From: a virus
IMG/VR virus record: IMGVR_UViG_3300044712_001906
Span: 1-64,000 of that record
Strand: one strand, 5' to 3'
Length of the DNA: 64,000 nt
The notes beneath the pieces are model-generated. The model searched no databases. It was not told the DNA's origin and worked only from the letters and a program-made list of their open reading frames with translations. Positions 46,905-56,345 of this stretch are shown piece by piece. Position numbers and translations under genes: made by a program. Within the stretch, counting starts at the first letter, position 1, and each line of letters begins with the position of its first letter.

Positions 46905-49900
46905 TCACGGGTACCAGTAGTCGTACTTCGCGCCGTTCTTCTTCCGCATGCCGCCCTTCGTGCCGCCCGGGATGGCCTGCCAGCCGGCGCCAGTCGGACG
47001 CTCGCCTCCGTGCGTCGTTGATGCGGCATCGGTCGCCTTCGCGTGCTCCGCCTCGAAGGCCTTGACCTGTTCGTGGATGCCCTGCGCGCGGGCGATCTCC
47101 TGAGCCGCGATCTTGGGCTTGATGCCCCACGACTCGAGGTGCTCCGCCGTGATGCTCCCGTCGGCGACGCCCCTGACGAACTCGAGGTACGCGGCGCGGC
47201 GCGCTTCCTTCGTCGCCGTCTTGTCGCCCAGGGTCGCCCGCAGCCTGTCGAACGTCGCCCGGCTCGTCTTCGCCGCGTCCGCCCGGCGACGGAGGAGGCC
47301 CATGCCGACCTCGCCAGCCTTGCGATCTGGAGCGGACACGGTCTCAGGCTTCGCGCGATCTTCCTCGGGAGCGGCTTCCTCGTTCGGCGTCGGGGCGTCT
47401 GGCTCCGCCGCTGGGGCCTTCTCGTCGCGCTCCTCCGGGGCCTTCGTCGGCTGCTCGCTCTTGGGCTCGGACTTCTCGGGCTCGGGCTCGGGTTCGGACT
47501 TCGGTGGCTCTGCCGACTTGGGCGTCCGCTTCTTCTTCGCCCTGGCCGGCTTGGTCTTCTCGGGCTCGGGCTTGCCCTTGCCCTTGGGCGCCTTCGCGCC
47601 GTCAGGGTTGGGGGCGGCACCCGCCTTGCCCTTGCGCGGCTTCCTGGGTGTCCTCTCCGGCGCTCCCTTCGGGGCGGGCTCGGGCGCCTTCGATCCCCCG
47701 GAGGTCTCATCGATGGCGGGGTGCGGGGCGGGCGCCGGACGTGGCTTGCCCTTCGGCTTGGGCGCCACCGCGGCCGGCGAGACCGGAGCGATCGGGTCGG
47801 CGCTGGGCGACACGAACGACGCGTCCGGCTTCTGGTAGCGCGCCTGATGCTCCGCGAGCGCGTCGACGAAGCCCTGATGCGACTCCGCGACCTCGCGCTT
47901 GACGTCCCCCACGCGACGCTTCTCTCCCCCGAGCTCGATCTCCGCGTCGTCGGGGAGCTTGGCGAGCTTCTCGTGGGTGCGCGCGGTCGCGTCGACGTAG
48001 GTGGCGAGGGCCTCGTGCCGCTGGTAGTGCTTGGGGTCGTTGTAGCCCGAGGCCTCGGACGCAGCCCTGAGGTCGGCCGCGCGCTTGCGTGCCTTCTTCG
48101 ACGCCGCCTTGATGAGGTCCGCGGCCCCGGCGCTCGCGCCAGCGAATAGGCCCGTCTGGCGCTTCCCGGCGTCTTTCTCGGACCCGAGCATGTCTGCGAG
48201 GACGTCGGCTGTGCTCTTCGCTGGCCCCATGAGCGTCGACTGTCCGGCCGGGTTGCGCTGGGCGTGCTGGGCGATCTTGCGGAAGGCGTCGCTCATCTGG
48301 ACGTGCCCAGTGCGTGTCGTGATGAGGTTCAGGACGTGCTTGCCCTCGGGCGAGAGCTTGGGCTTTGACCCGAAGCCGCCCGAGTCGCCTCCGAGGAGGT
48401 CGCCGAAGCCCTGATCGCGATCGAACTCGCTCACGCTCTTGATGTTGTGCTTGCGCATGTAGGCATGCGCCTGCACCGCCTCGACGAGCGGCGCCGAGAG
48501 GTCGTGCCCGGCCGAGCCCGACCGGACGATGTGCGGGACCGAGCGCGCGATCGCCTGGATCTGGCTCTGCGGCATGTCGCTCAGCGTGTCCGCGTGCGGG
48601 ACGACCTTGCCGACGAGGAGGCGCTCGACGAAGGTCTTGCCGTCCTCGTTCAGCGCCCCGTCCTTGCCGAGGTACTGCGAGCGGTTGCGCCGATCGATGA
48701 TGCCCGCGCGCTGCATCGCGTCGACGAAAGGCCGCGCGTCGGCCGACGACAGGTACGCGTTGAGCGTCGCGTGCTTGTCCTCGCCGTTGTCGGCCTTGGC
48801 CTCCATGCCCGTGGCGAGGGTCTGGAGCATCGCCGGGGTCACGAGGCGCGCCCGGGCGACCTGGTCCGTCCGCGGGTCCATCGACTGCGTGAAGGCCTCG
48901 TTGTAGCGGCGGACGAGCACGCCGAGGTTCTGCTTGCCCTGGTCCTCGACGTCGACCTGTCGCACCAGGACCGGCTGCTTGAACTGCGACACGTCCTCGG
49001 GCGCGAGACCCCACTGGTGGGCGTTGTCCTTCAGGTGCTTGACGTAGGCCGCCCTCGCGTCGCCTCCCTTCTCGTGCGCGAGCTGGATCGACATCGTGCG
49101 CGAGTTGCCGCCGAGCACGATGCCCTTGTCGGTCACGAGCGGAGGCCCGTTGACGGCGTCGGGGTTGGTGTTCGCCACGAGGTCGGGCTTGAGCTTCTGC
49201 GCGTTCCTGAGCACCTTCTCCTGCTCTGCCTTGTCGCGATGGTAGACGCGCTCCTGAACTCCCTCCGGGTACTCCTCGCGCTGCTTGAAGCCCTTGGTGG
49301 GATCGTGCGACGCGATGAGGTCGGACGCCTCCATGAGCTTGTACCGCGCCGCCTGAGGGGTCGGAGAGCCGTCGGCGTCGGCGACGTAGACGGTCGTGCT
49401 CGAACCCGTCCCGGGCGCGGTCTCATCGCCGGCGTGCTTGGTGAGCGCGTGCCACTTCCCTTGCAGCTCGCGGTAGCGCTCGAGCTCGTCGAGCTTGCCG
49501 AGGTCCGGGTAGGCCTCAGCGGCGGCCTGGAGGCGCGCGAGCGCTGGCGACTCGACGGACTGCTTGGCGTAGGCGAGGAGCTGCTTGACGGCGCTCTCGT
49601 TGCCCTTGACCGCTTCGACGGCGCCGAGGAGCCCTTCGAGCTTCCCGAGGTCTGCGGCTGCGGCTGGGCGAAGCTCGTCGATCGCCCGTCGCGACGACGC
49701 GGCCTCGACGACGTGGGCGGGTTCGACCTGCTTGGCGCCCGAGGTGCGCCGCAGGTTCTCCGCGCCGCGGGCGATCTGCCGCCCGGCTCCCGTGACCTCG
49801 CGCCCGGTCGCCTTGTGCGTGGCCAGCGCGAGGAGGACACCCTTCGCGTCGCCGGACCATCCGGGGCGCTGCGCGAGGAAGTCGACGAGGGCCTTGGCGT

Positions 49901-52900
49901 GCTTGAGGTCCACGCCCGCGGCCTGGAAGCGATCGCCGTAGGCCTTCCACATGGCGTCGGCGGTGTCGTGGGCGCCATCGGGGAGTTTGCCGACGGACGC
50001 GAGGAGCTGGCGCGCGATGGTCTCGGCGCCGCGCTCCATCCGCGCGCGGTAGACCGCGTGGAGCTCGTCATGGAGCGCCGACAGGGGCAGCGTGCGCTCC
50101 TTGCCGGTCTTGGGGTCGCGGAGCGTCACCGAGCCGTCCTCGCCGACCTTCACGACGTCGGCGACGCCGTGACGGCGGAGGTTGATGCGCTCGCCCTCGC
50201 GCGCTTCGTGGGCGGTGGCCGCGTCGTGGTAGTAGTAGCGCCAGCCTCCCCCGGGCTTGGGCACGCGGCGGATGTACTTGTGGGAGCCGGCCTTCCAGAG
50301 CGCCTTTCCGATCTGGGCCGGGAGCTCGTGGCCGTGGGCGATGGCGGCGGAGACGGCCTTGATCAGCGAGGCATGGCGGGTGCTCGTGTCCGATGTAGCG
50401 AAGGCTTTGGCGAGGTGCCCGCCGTTCTTGAGGACGTCCATGAGCTTGCCCATGGCCGCAACGATGCGCGTGCGCTCGTCGCCGCTCGGGTAGGGCTGCG
50501 CCTCGGCCACGGCGCCGTCGGACCGCATGACGGTGACGCCGGTCCCGAAGACCTTGTCGGTGCCCGCGACCAGGTAGCCGTTCTCGCGCCCTCCCGCCTT
50601 GAGCGTGTCGTGGACGTAGGTCTCGAAGGCGCGCGCGAACAGCTCATGTGGCGACGCCCAATAGCCCTCGCCGAGCCGGACCGCCGATTTCACGAAGTCG
50701 GTCGCGGTGGCGGGCGTGTCGCGCCAAATCTTCTCCAGGCTCTTCGCGCGGTTGATGCTCAGGCGCAGGCTCTCGACGTCGCGCTCCAGCTTCGCCATGC
50801 GGGCGGCGTCCTCTGGCGTTCGGACCCGCTTGCTCTTGACCGCCTCCTCCTCGCGCTGGATCCAGTAGCTCCGCGCCTGCGCGGCCATGAGGAAGTCCTG
50901 CACCCGCTTCGGCGCCAGGCCCGGCTCGGCCGCCATGCCCTGATACTTGTCGCGCTCGGCGGCCCACTTCGTCGTGTTGAGCGCGAGGATCTCGTGGGCG
51001 CGCTTGAGCGCCGCCTCGTCGGCGACGGTCGAGCCCTTGATCTTCTCGTGCTCGCTCACGAGGTCGTTGGACTGCTGGATGAGGGCGTTGGTGTTGTCGG
51101 CCAGCGTGCGCGCGTGCTTCCGATGCGACTCTCTGGCCGCGTCGGGGTTGGGGTGCGCGGTGATCGCGTGCATCGCGGCGGAGACGGCTGCGTTGACGTC
51201 CGGCGGCAGGTTCGATCGCCCGCTGGCGTGCGACAGGAACGTGCCCTGCAGCGAGGTCGCGCTCCCGAGGTAGTGCTCCGCGATCACGTTGTCGAGCGCG
51301 TGGCCCCACTCGTGAGCTACGGACCCGCCGCCGTTCAAGCGGGTGATGTTGATCTGCTTGCGCGACGGGGCGTAATGCGCCGCGGCCGCGCCTCGCCCGT
51401 CGGCGCCCAGCGCGATTCCGAGGCGCCCCTTGAACGAGACGACCGACGGGTCGATGCCCGTCACGTCGACGAAGTCGTGCATGGCCGCTTCGAGCGCCCT
51501 GGTGTGATAGGCGCGGTCGGCCTGCGTCATGTAGCCGTCCTTCCCGTAGTCGACCTCGCGCAGCCCGAAGGCCTCGCGCATCCGCTCGGGGGAGACCCCC
51601 TCGGGCATGGGGCGCCCGCCGACGCGCTTGAACTCGCCGTCGCTGCGCTTGGCGCCGCGCCACGAGAGGGCCTCTTGTGCCGACTGGCGCCCGGAGACCT
51701 TCGGCGCCTTCTCGCCTGCCTCCTTCGGCTTCTGGCTGTCCTCCATCCACGCCCAGCCCCTCGCCTGCGCGGCCTGCGCTTCGGCGGGCGGGAGCGGGGC
51801 GCCGCGAACGAGCCCGTCCAGCTCCTTCGCCTTCTCGGTCGTGGCGTACAGGTGGCGCCCCTTGTCGAGTAGGCGTGTGAAGTTGGCCCCCAGGGCGTCG
51901 TAGGGCCGCGGGACCTTGTGAACGATGGTGAAGGCGTAGACGTGGTGGTCGTAGACGAGGCGGTACTCCTCGCCCTTGTTCGCTGCCGCCAGCGCCCGCG
52001 CCTTGTCGGACGCCTCGCGGCTCGACGCGTACTCGCCAGTCCCCGGTACGCGGGCGTACTTGCTCGCGCTCTCGCGCCGGTGCTTCATCTCCAAGAGCAG
52101 ACGGCCAATGTCCCCGAGGTCGCGGACGTTCTTGAGCGCGCCGTGAAGCTGCCGTAGGTCTTCGGCATAGGCCATTTGCTCGGCCTTGTTCGCGCCCGGC
52201 TTCTCGCGCACGGCCGAGAGGATGGCGATCGCGCAGTAGGCCGTGCCAGGCGTCATCCCGGCCGCCTTCGCGTGCGCCAGATCGATCGGCTCGACGAGGC
52301 GGCTCTTGCGGACGATGTGCGCCGCGTCGTCGTATCCGAGGCGGCTGATGTCATCCAGGCTGACGGTCGCCAGCGCCGCGAGATCCTTGCGCGAGCCCCA
52401 GACGTGATCGCCCGTGGCTTCGATCTTGCCGTCGAGGCCCTTGACCCCCTCTGGCTTCTGCCGCGGCTTGCGGGGCATTTTCTCCACCGGAGGGGTAGGC
52501 GCCGGAGCCGGAGCGGGGTCGGGAGCCGGAGCAGGCGCCGGTGGCGGGGGCGCCGGGGCGGGCTTGGCCTCGGGGGCGTCGTCGCCCTCGGGGGCATCGT
52601 CGAGCTTCCGGAGGTGGCCTTCCATCCACTCGGCCGCGGAGAGCCACGCGTCGGCGTGGTAGGTGTTGCCGGGGAGGCGCCGTTCGATCTCGGTGAACAG
52701 GTCCTTCCGGGCGCGGATCTCGGCGATGGCGGCCTGCAGCTTGCCGCGCTCCGCCGCCGCCATGGGCGCCACGGTGTCGCGGGTCAAGGCGAGGAGGTGC
52801 TCCAGGCCTTCGACCTTCTGCCGCCAGATTTCCGTCGGCGTGTGCGGGTGCTCGGCGCCGTAGTAGCCGGCGAGGTCGTCGGTGCGCCCGTCGAAGAGCT

Positions 52901-54515
52901 GCTGCAGCTCCCTCTTCGCCGCGGTCATGCTCTGCGGCACGGTGCTCTTTGGCGCGTGCCCGCGCTCCCACATGAGGAGGGCCGTCGCCGAGCGGAGGCC
53001 TGGCATCCAGGCCTGCTTGTGGAGCGCCGAGAAGTCGTCCGCGATCTGGGCGCCGGTGCGCTCGGGGGCGGGCTCGGGCGCTGGGGCTACCGGAGGAGGC
53101 AGGGCCGGTTCCTTCGCCTTCCGGTTCTTCGCAGCCGCCTCCCTCCGCTGCTTCAGCTCCGCCTCCGAGAGCCCCGCGCGCTTGGCGAGCCCTTCGGCAC
53201 GCTCGACCTGCTTCAGCGTCCCGTGCGCGTGGGCCTCGTCGAGCACGGCGCTGGCCTTCTTCTTCGCCTCGTCCATCGCGGCCGCATGCTCGCTTCGGAG
53301 GAGCTCGGCGAGCCTCTGTTTCGTGATGACCTGTGTGGCGCCCGTCTCGTCGTGTTTGACGGTGACGTGGTCGCCCGGCGACGCCCCGATGATGTGGTAG
53401 TGGCCCTCGCCGACACGGAACGCTGCGCCCACGACGAAGTGCTTCTCGTCCGCGACGCCTCCGCCATGGTGGACGGCGTAGAAGTACCTGTACCCGCCAC
53501 CGCTCTTCGGGACGCGCTTGATGTACTTGTGCCCCGCGCCCTTGAAGAGCCGCTCGCCGACGTCAGCCGGTAGGGGAACCCAGAAGCTCACGCCGCGGCG
53601 CCCGGACATCGAAGCGGCCATGGGCTCGCGGCGGAAGATGTCGACCTGGCCAGTGCCCTGCCCGTGCATGGTGACCTCGTTGGCGTGATGGACCTTCGGC
53701 CCCTGCGGCGTGTGGACGAGGACAGCCATGCGTCCCGTCCGCTCGTGGACCCCGACCGCCTTGACCTCGTGGAGGTTGCCTTCGCGGTCTCGGATGATGG
53801 CTCCGCGCTGGAGCGCCCGGCCGTGCGGGTTCTCGTGGCGCCAGGCTATGTGGTGTGCCGGGTCGACGTACCTGCCGCCCTTCGGACCGATGAAGACCGC
53901 CTGCGGGCGCGGCTTCGCCGGTGCGGCGCCCGACTTCGCGGGCTCGCCGTCTGGCACGTGCTTCGGGGCCCCGAAGAGGTCGGCCTGCGCGGCCTTCTCG
54001 ACGGAGCTCGGCCCGCCAGTCATCGCTCGAGCGCGCTCACGCCCGTCCTCGGCGACGATCTCCTGCGGGTAAACGACGGCGGCGGCGTACTGGTAGCGCT
54101 TGGCGAAGCCGTCGACCTCGTCCTCGTCTGGGCGCAGCCGGTCGCCGGAGATCGACACCGTGAGGATGACAGGCCTGCCGCCGTGCTTGGCGACGGCGCC
54201 GAGGGCGTAGGACTCGGCCGATGCCGGGCCGGTTGGCTTGGCCGTCAAGTAGACGACTGGAGCGCGCTCGGAGTCCTCGCCCGTCAGGTTGGATCGCGCG
54301 TGACAAGCGCCCAGGCCTTCCTCGAGGATGCGCGGCAGCAGGGCGGAGCTCGTGCCGTGGAAGAGGCGCACGCCCGGTTGCCCGCGGAGCTCCTCGAACG
54401 GTGGCGGGGCCATCCAGTCGATGGTGCCGCGCCAGTCGAGGTCGCCGACGTTGCGGCCGTCCTGAGGAACGAGCGTCATGCCCATCTTCTCGGGCAGGTC
54501 GATGGGCAGCGTCAT
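46905..54515 (-). CDS. Giant polyvalent head-associated protein (ART-like, LPD5/LPD1-like with HExxH, DdrB-like ParB domains)
   Basis: LFHGTS..ILEEGL..VYLT; GDHVWGSRKD; HEWGHALD; YWASPHELFARAFE; LIASHD..QERVY..GPPLV..VLGGNSR; two KYI(K/R)RVPK.GGG.RY.Y repeats. Confidence 0.8.
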   Translation of the reverse strand: MTLPIDLPEKMGMTLVPQDGRNVGDLDWRGTIDWMAPPPFEELRGQPGVRLFHGTSSALLPRILEEGLGACHARSNLTGEDSERAPVVYLTAKPTGPASAESYALGAVAKHGGRPVILTVSISGDRLRPDEDEVDGFAKRYQYAAAVVYPQEIVAEDGRERARAMTGGPSSVEKAAQADLFGAPKHVPDGEPAKSGAAPAKPRPQAVFIGPKGGRYVDPAHHIAWRHENPHGRALQRGAIIRDREGNLHEVKAVGVHERTGRMAVLVHTPQGPKVHHANEVTMHGQGTGQVDIFRREPMAASMSGRRGVSFWVPLPADVGERLFKGAGHKYIKRVPKSGGGYRYFYAVHHGGGVADEKHFVVGAAFRVGEGHYHIIGASPGDHVTVKHDETGATQVITKQRLAELLRSEHAAAMDEAKKKASAVLDEAHAHGTLKQVERAEGLAKRAGLSEAELKQRREAAAKNRKAKEPALPPPVAPAPEPAPERTGAQIADDFSALHKQAWMPGLRSATALLMWERGHAPKSTVPQSMTAAKRELQQLFDGRTDDLAGYYGAEHPHTPTEIWRQKVEGLEHLLALTRDTVAPMAAAERGKLQAAIAEIRARKDLFTEIERRLPGNTYHADAWLSAAEWMEGHLRKLDDAPEGDDAPEAKPAPAPPPPAPAPAPDPAPAPAPTPPVEKMPRKPRQKPEGVKGLDGKIEATGDHVWGSRKDLAALATVSLDDISRLGYDDAAHIVRKSRLVEPIDLAHAKAAGMTPGTAYCAIAILSAVREKPGANKAEQMAYAEDLRQLHGALKNVRDLGDIGRLLLEMKHRRESASKYARVPGTGEYASSREASDKARALAAANKGEEYRLVYDHHVYAFTIVHKVPRPYDALGANFTRLLDKGRHLYATTEKAKELDGLVRGAPLPPAEAQAAQARGWAWMEDSQKPKEAGEKAPKVSGRQSAQEALSWRGAKRSDGEFKRVGGRPMPEGVSPERMREAFGLREVDYGKDGYMTQADRAYHTRALEAAMHDFVDVTGIDPSVVSFKGRLGIALGADGRGAAAAHYAPSRKQINITRLNGGGSVAHEWGHALDNVIAEHYLGSATSLQGTFLSHASGRSNLPPDVNAAVSAAMHAITAHPNPDAARESHRKHARTLADNTNALIQQSNDLVSEHEKIKGSTVADEAALKRAHEILALNTTKWAAERDKYQGMAAEPGLAPKRVQDFLMAAQARSYWIQREEEAVKSKRVRTPEDAARMAKLERDVESLRLSINRAKSLEKIWRDTPATATDFVKSAVRLGEGYWASPHELFARAFETYVHDTLKAGGRENGYLVAGTDKVFGTGVTVMRSDGAVAEAQPYPSGDERTRIVAAMGKLMDVLKNGGHLAKAFATSDTSTRHASLIKAVSAAIAHGHELPAQIGKALWKAGSHKYIRRVPKPGGGWRYYYHDAATAHEAREGERINLRRHGVADVVKVGEDGSVTLRDPKTGKERTLPLSALHDELHAVYRARMERGAETIARQLLASVGKLPDGAHDTADAMWKAYGDRFQAAGVDLKHAKALVDFLAQRPGWSGDAKGVLLALATHKATGREVTGAGRQIARGAENLRRTSGAKQVEPAHVVEAASSRRAIDELRPAAAADLGKLEGLLGAVEAVKGNESAVKQLLAYAKQSVESPALARLQAAAEAYPDLGKLDELERYRELQGKWHALTKHAGDETAPGTGSSTTVYVADADGSPTPQAARYKLMEASDLIASHDPTKGFKQREEYPEGVQERVYHRDKAEQEKVLRNAQKLKPDLVANTNPDAVNGPPLVTDKGIVLGGNSRTMSIQLAHEKGGDARAAYVKHLKDNAHQWGLAPEDVSQFKQPVLVRQVDVEDQGKQNLGVLVRRYNEAFTQSMDPRTDQVARARLVTPAMLQTLATGMEAKADNGEDKHATLNAYLSSADARPFVDAMQRAGIIDRRNRSQYLGKDGALNEDGKTFVERLLVGKVVPHADTLSDMPQSQIQAIARSVPHIVRSGSAGHDLSAPLVEAVQAHAYMRKHNIKSVSEFDRDQGFGDLLGGDSGGFGSKPKLSPEGKHVLNLITTRTGHVQMSDAFRKIAQHAQRNPAGQSTLMGPAKSTADVLADMLGSEKDAGKRQTGLFAGASAGAADLIKAASKKARKRAADLRAASEASGYNDPKHYQRHEALATYVDATARTHEKLAKLPDDAEIELGGEKRRVGDVKREVAESHQGFVDALAEHQARYQKPDASFVSPSADPIAPVSPAAVAPKPKGKPRPAPAPHPAIDETSGGSKAPEPAPKGAPERTPRKPRKGKAGAAPNPDGAKAPKGKGKPEPEKTKPARAKKKRTPKSAEPPKSEPEPEPEKSEPKSEQPTKAPEERDEKAPAAEPDAPTPNEEAAPEEDRAKPETVSAPDRKAGEVGMGLLRRRADAAKTSRATFDRLRATLGDKTATKEARRAAYLEFVRGVADGSITAEHLESWGIKPKIAAQEIARAQGIHEQVKAFEAEHAKATDAASTTHGGERPTGAGWQAIPGGTKGGMRKKNGAKYDYWYP

Positions 54516-55691
54516 CTAGTCCTCCGCGTCGACGGCGTGCGACGGACGCATGTTCCAGTGCTTGTCGAAGGCGAAGCCTGGCGGGACGACTTGCGTGGAG
54601 CAGCGACAGTTCGGGTGCCCGGGCCACAGCCCCGCCTGCTTGTCCTCGTCCTTCACGCCCACGCCCGTCCCGTTCTCGACGAGCCGCGCCACCGTCCAGA
54701 CCTTCGGCCGCCCGCCGCCGTCGAGGTAGAGCCTCCGGCAGAGCGCGCACGCCCCCGACTCGGGGATGCGTGCGACCTGGGCGTCCGGCCCGAAGTCCCT
54801 GACCGCGGTGATCGCCACGCCCTCGTTGTGCGTCGCCTGGAGCTCCGTGCGGGCGATGCGGAGCCAGTTGCGCGTCCAGTCGCCCGTTCGGTGCCCGAGG
54901 TCGCTCGCGAGGTCCTCGGCGGTCTGCCCGGTGGCGATGGCGTCGGCCACCTCCTCGCGGATGGCCTCGCGCGTGGCGATGCGCTGGTCCTGGTCGACCT
55001 CGCTCTGGATGTCCTCGCCCTGCCAGACCTCGCGCTCGCGCGTCGCCCACTCGGTCACGTCGTTCTCGACGCGGTTGCCGAGGCCGCGCACGTACTCGGC
55101 GCCGCGCGTCCGCGCCTGGATCCACGACTCCCGTTCCTGGGGCGTCAGGTACTCCGGGGGCGCGGGGATGGGCGGCTCTCCGCCTCCTCCTCCCCCGCTC
55201 CCCCCCGGAGGGGTAGGCGGCGCAGGCGCCGATGGTCCGCCACCGTCTGCGGCCGCTGCGGGACCTCCGAGCTCCGGCGGCGCTTGCACGCGCTCGCGTA
55301 GCGCTGCCTCCGTTTGCACGGCCTGCAGCTCGTCTTCCTCGCGCCGCCGCGCGATCTCGGCGCCGACGGCCGGGAGCCAGCGCGAGAGCGGCCAAGCCCG
55401 CATCTGCTTCACGAGCGACGGGGCCGCACCGGCCATGAGCGCGCCCATGAGCAGGGCGAGCGCCCACGGGTCCATCGCAAGCTGGCTCTTCGGACCGCCT
55501 GCGCGCGCGCCACGCGAAGGTGCCGGGGCTGGCACGGCAACGGCAACGTCCACGGGCGCCTCGAGGACGCCGGCGTCGATGAGCTCGCTCATGCGCTCGG
55601 GCGTGACCGCTGACGGCCCGAAGGCCTGCACGAGCCACGCGTCGTTGTGCGCCCTGGCGATGGCTGCGGGGTCGGTGAGGGGCTCGGCCAT
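54516..55691 (-). CDS. MuF/SPP1 gp7-like head morphogenesis protein
   Basis: RIARTE, CALC, GHPNCRC. Confidence 0.88.
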   Translation of the reverse strand: MAEPLTDPAAIARAHNDAWLVQAFGPSAVTPERMSELIDAGVLEAPVDVAVAVPAPAPSRGARAGGPKSQLAMDPWALALLMGALMAGAAPSLVKQMRAWPLSRWLPAVGAEIARRREEDELQAVQTEAALRERVQAPPELGGPAAAADGGGPSAPAPPTPPGGSGGGGGGEPPIPAPPEYLTPQERESWIQARTRGAEYVRGLGNRVENDVTEWATREREVWQGEDIQSEVDQDQRIATREAIREEVADAIATGQTAEDLASDLGHRTGDWTRNWLRIARTELQATHNEGVAITAVRDFGPDAQVARIPESGACALCRRLYLDGGGRPKVWTVARLVENGTGVGVKDEDKQAGLWPGHPNCRCSTQVVPPGFAFDKHWNMRPSHAVDAED

Positions 55692-55945
55692 CACGGCCTC
55701 CCCGAGCACGCCTGCCTCGTCGCCAGGATGTCCGCGCGGAGCCGCTCGGCTCTGCGCTGGTAGGCTCGCGTCATCATCGCTGCGAGCTCGTCGAGGGCGG
55801 TCACTTCGCCGCCGGCAGGCGCGCCGACGCCCTTGGCGATCGCCTCGCGCGCCGTGTAGAACGCCTCGTCGAGACGCGCGGCGACCTCGGCGGCCGTCAG
55901 GCCGTCAAGCTCGCCAGGCCTCGACTCGACGATGGCGACGCGCAT
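55691..55945 (-). CDS. Small head-operon protein
   Basis: 84 aa; contains IAKG motif; TGATG overlap. Confidence 0.65.
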   Translation of the reverse strand: MRVAIVESRPGELDGLTAAEVAARLDEAFYTAREAIAKGVGAPAGGEVTALDELAAMMTRAYQRRAERLRADILATRQACSGRP

Positions 55946-55948
55946 GGG

Positions 55949-56344
55949 TCACGGCGCCGGCGGGGGCTCGGGGGCGTCGCCGAGCATGAGGATCGTGACC
56001 GCCGCGGCGGAGTCCTGCGTCGGGTTCTCGACGGTCAGCGCCTCGAAGTAGGTGGCCTCGAGGACCATCGTCGCGACGCCGCTCGCCGAGGGTCGGAGCC
56101 GGACGAGCCCTGCGTCCATGACCAGGTCGACGGCGCTGTCCGCCTCGACGAAGATCGCCTTGCAGACGCCGATGCCGCCGAGGTCGATGGTCTTGACGCC
56201 GTCCGTATCGGCGAGGTCGAGGCGCACCATCGTCGCCTCATCCCAGTCCGTGCCGGCGACGACGTCCTTGACCCGGTGGAAGATGAGGTCCTGGAAGTTC
56301 GCGTCCTGGGCGACCTTGAGGACGAGCTCGCGCCGGTAGTACAC
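55949..56344 (-). CDS. Hypothetical virion protein (beta-rich)
   Basis: 131 aa after portal, GGAGGT RBS. Confidence 0.7.
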   Translation of the reverse strand: MYYRRELVLKVAQDANFQDLIFHRVKDVVAGTDWDEATMVRLDLADTDGVKTIDLGGIGVCKAIFVEADSAVDLVMDAGLVRLRPSASGVATMVLEATYFEALTVENPTQDSAAAVTILMLGDAPEPPPAP

Positions 56345-56345
56345 G

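Noticed and set aside
36963-51872. Very long + strand ORFs (36963-39752, 43801-46260, 48447-51872) and similar shadow ORFs elsewhere
   Set aside because: They lie antisense to clear structural genes, have Arg/Ala/Val-biased composition and no motifs; expected in high-GC DNA
37677-54518. TAG stop reassignment, since many late genes end in TAG with the next start immediately after
   Set aside because: Genes have normal lengths under code 11 and are not fragmented by internal TAGs
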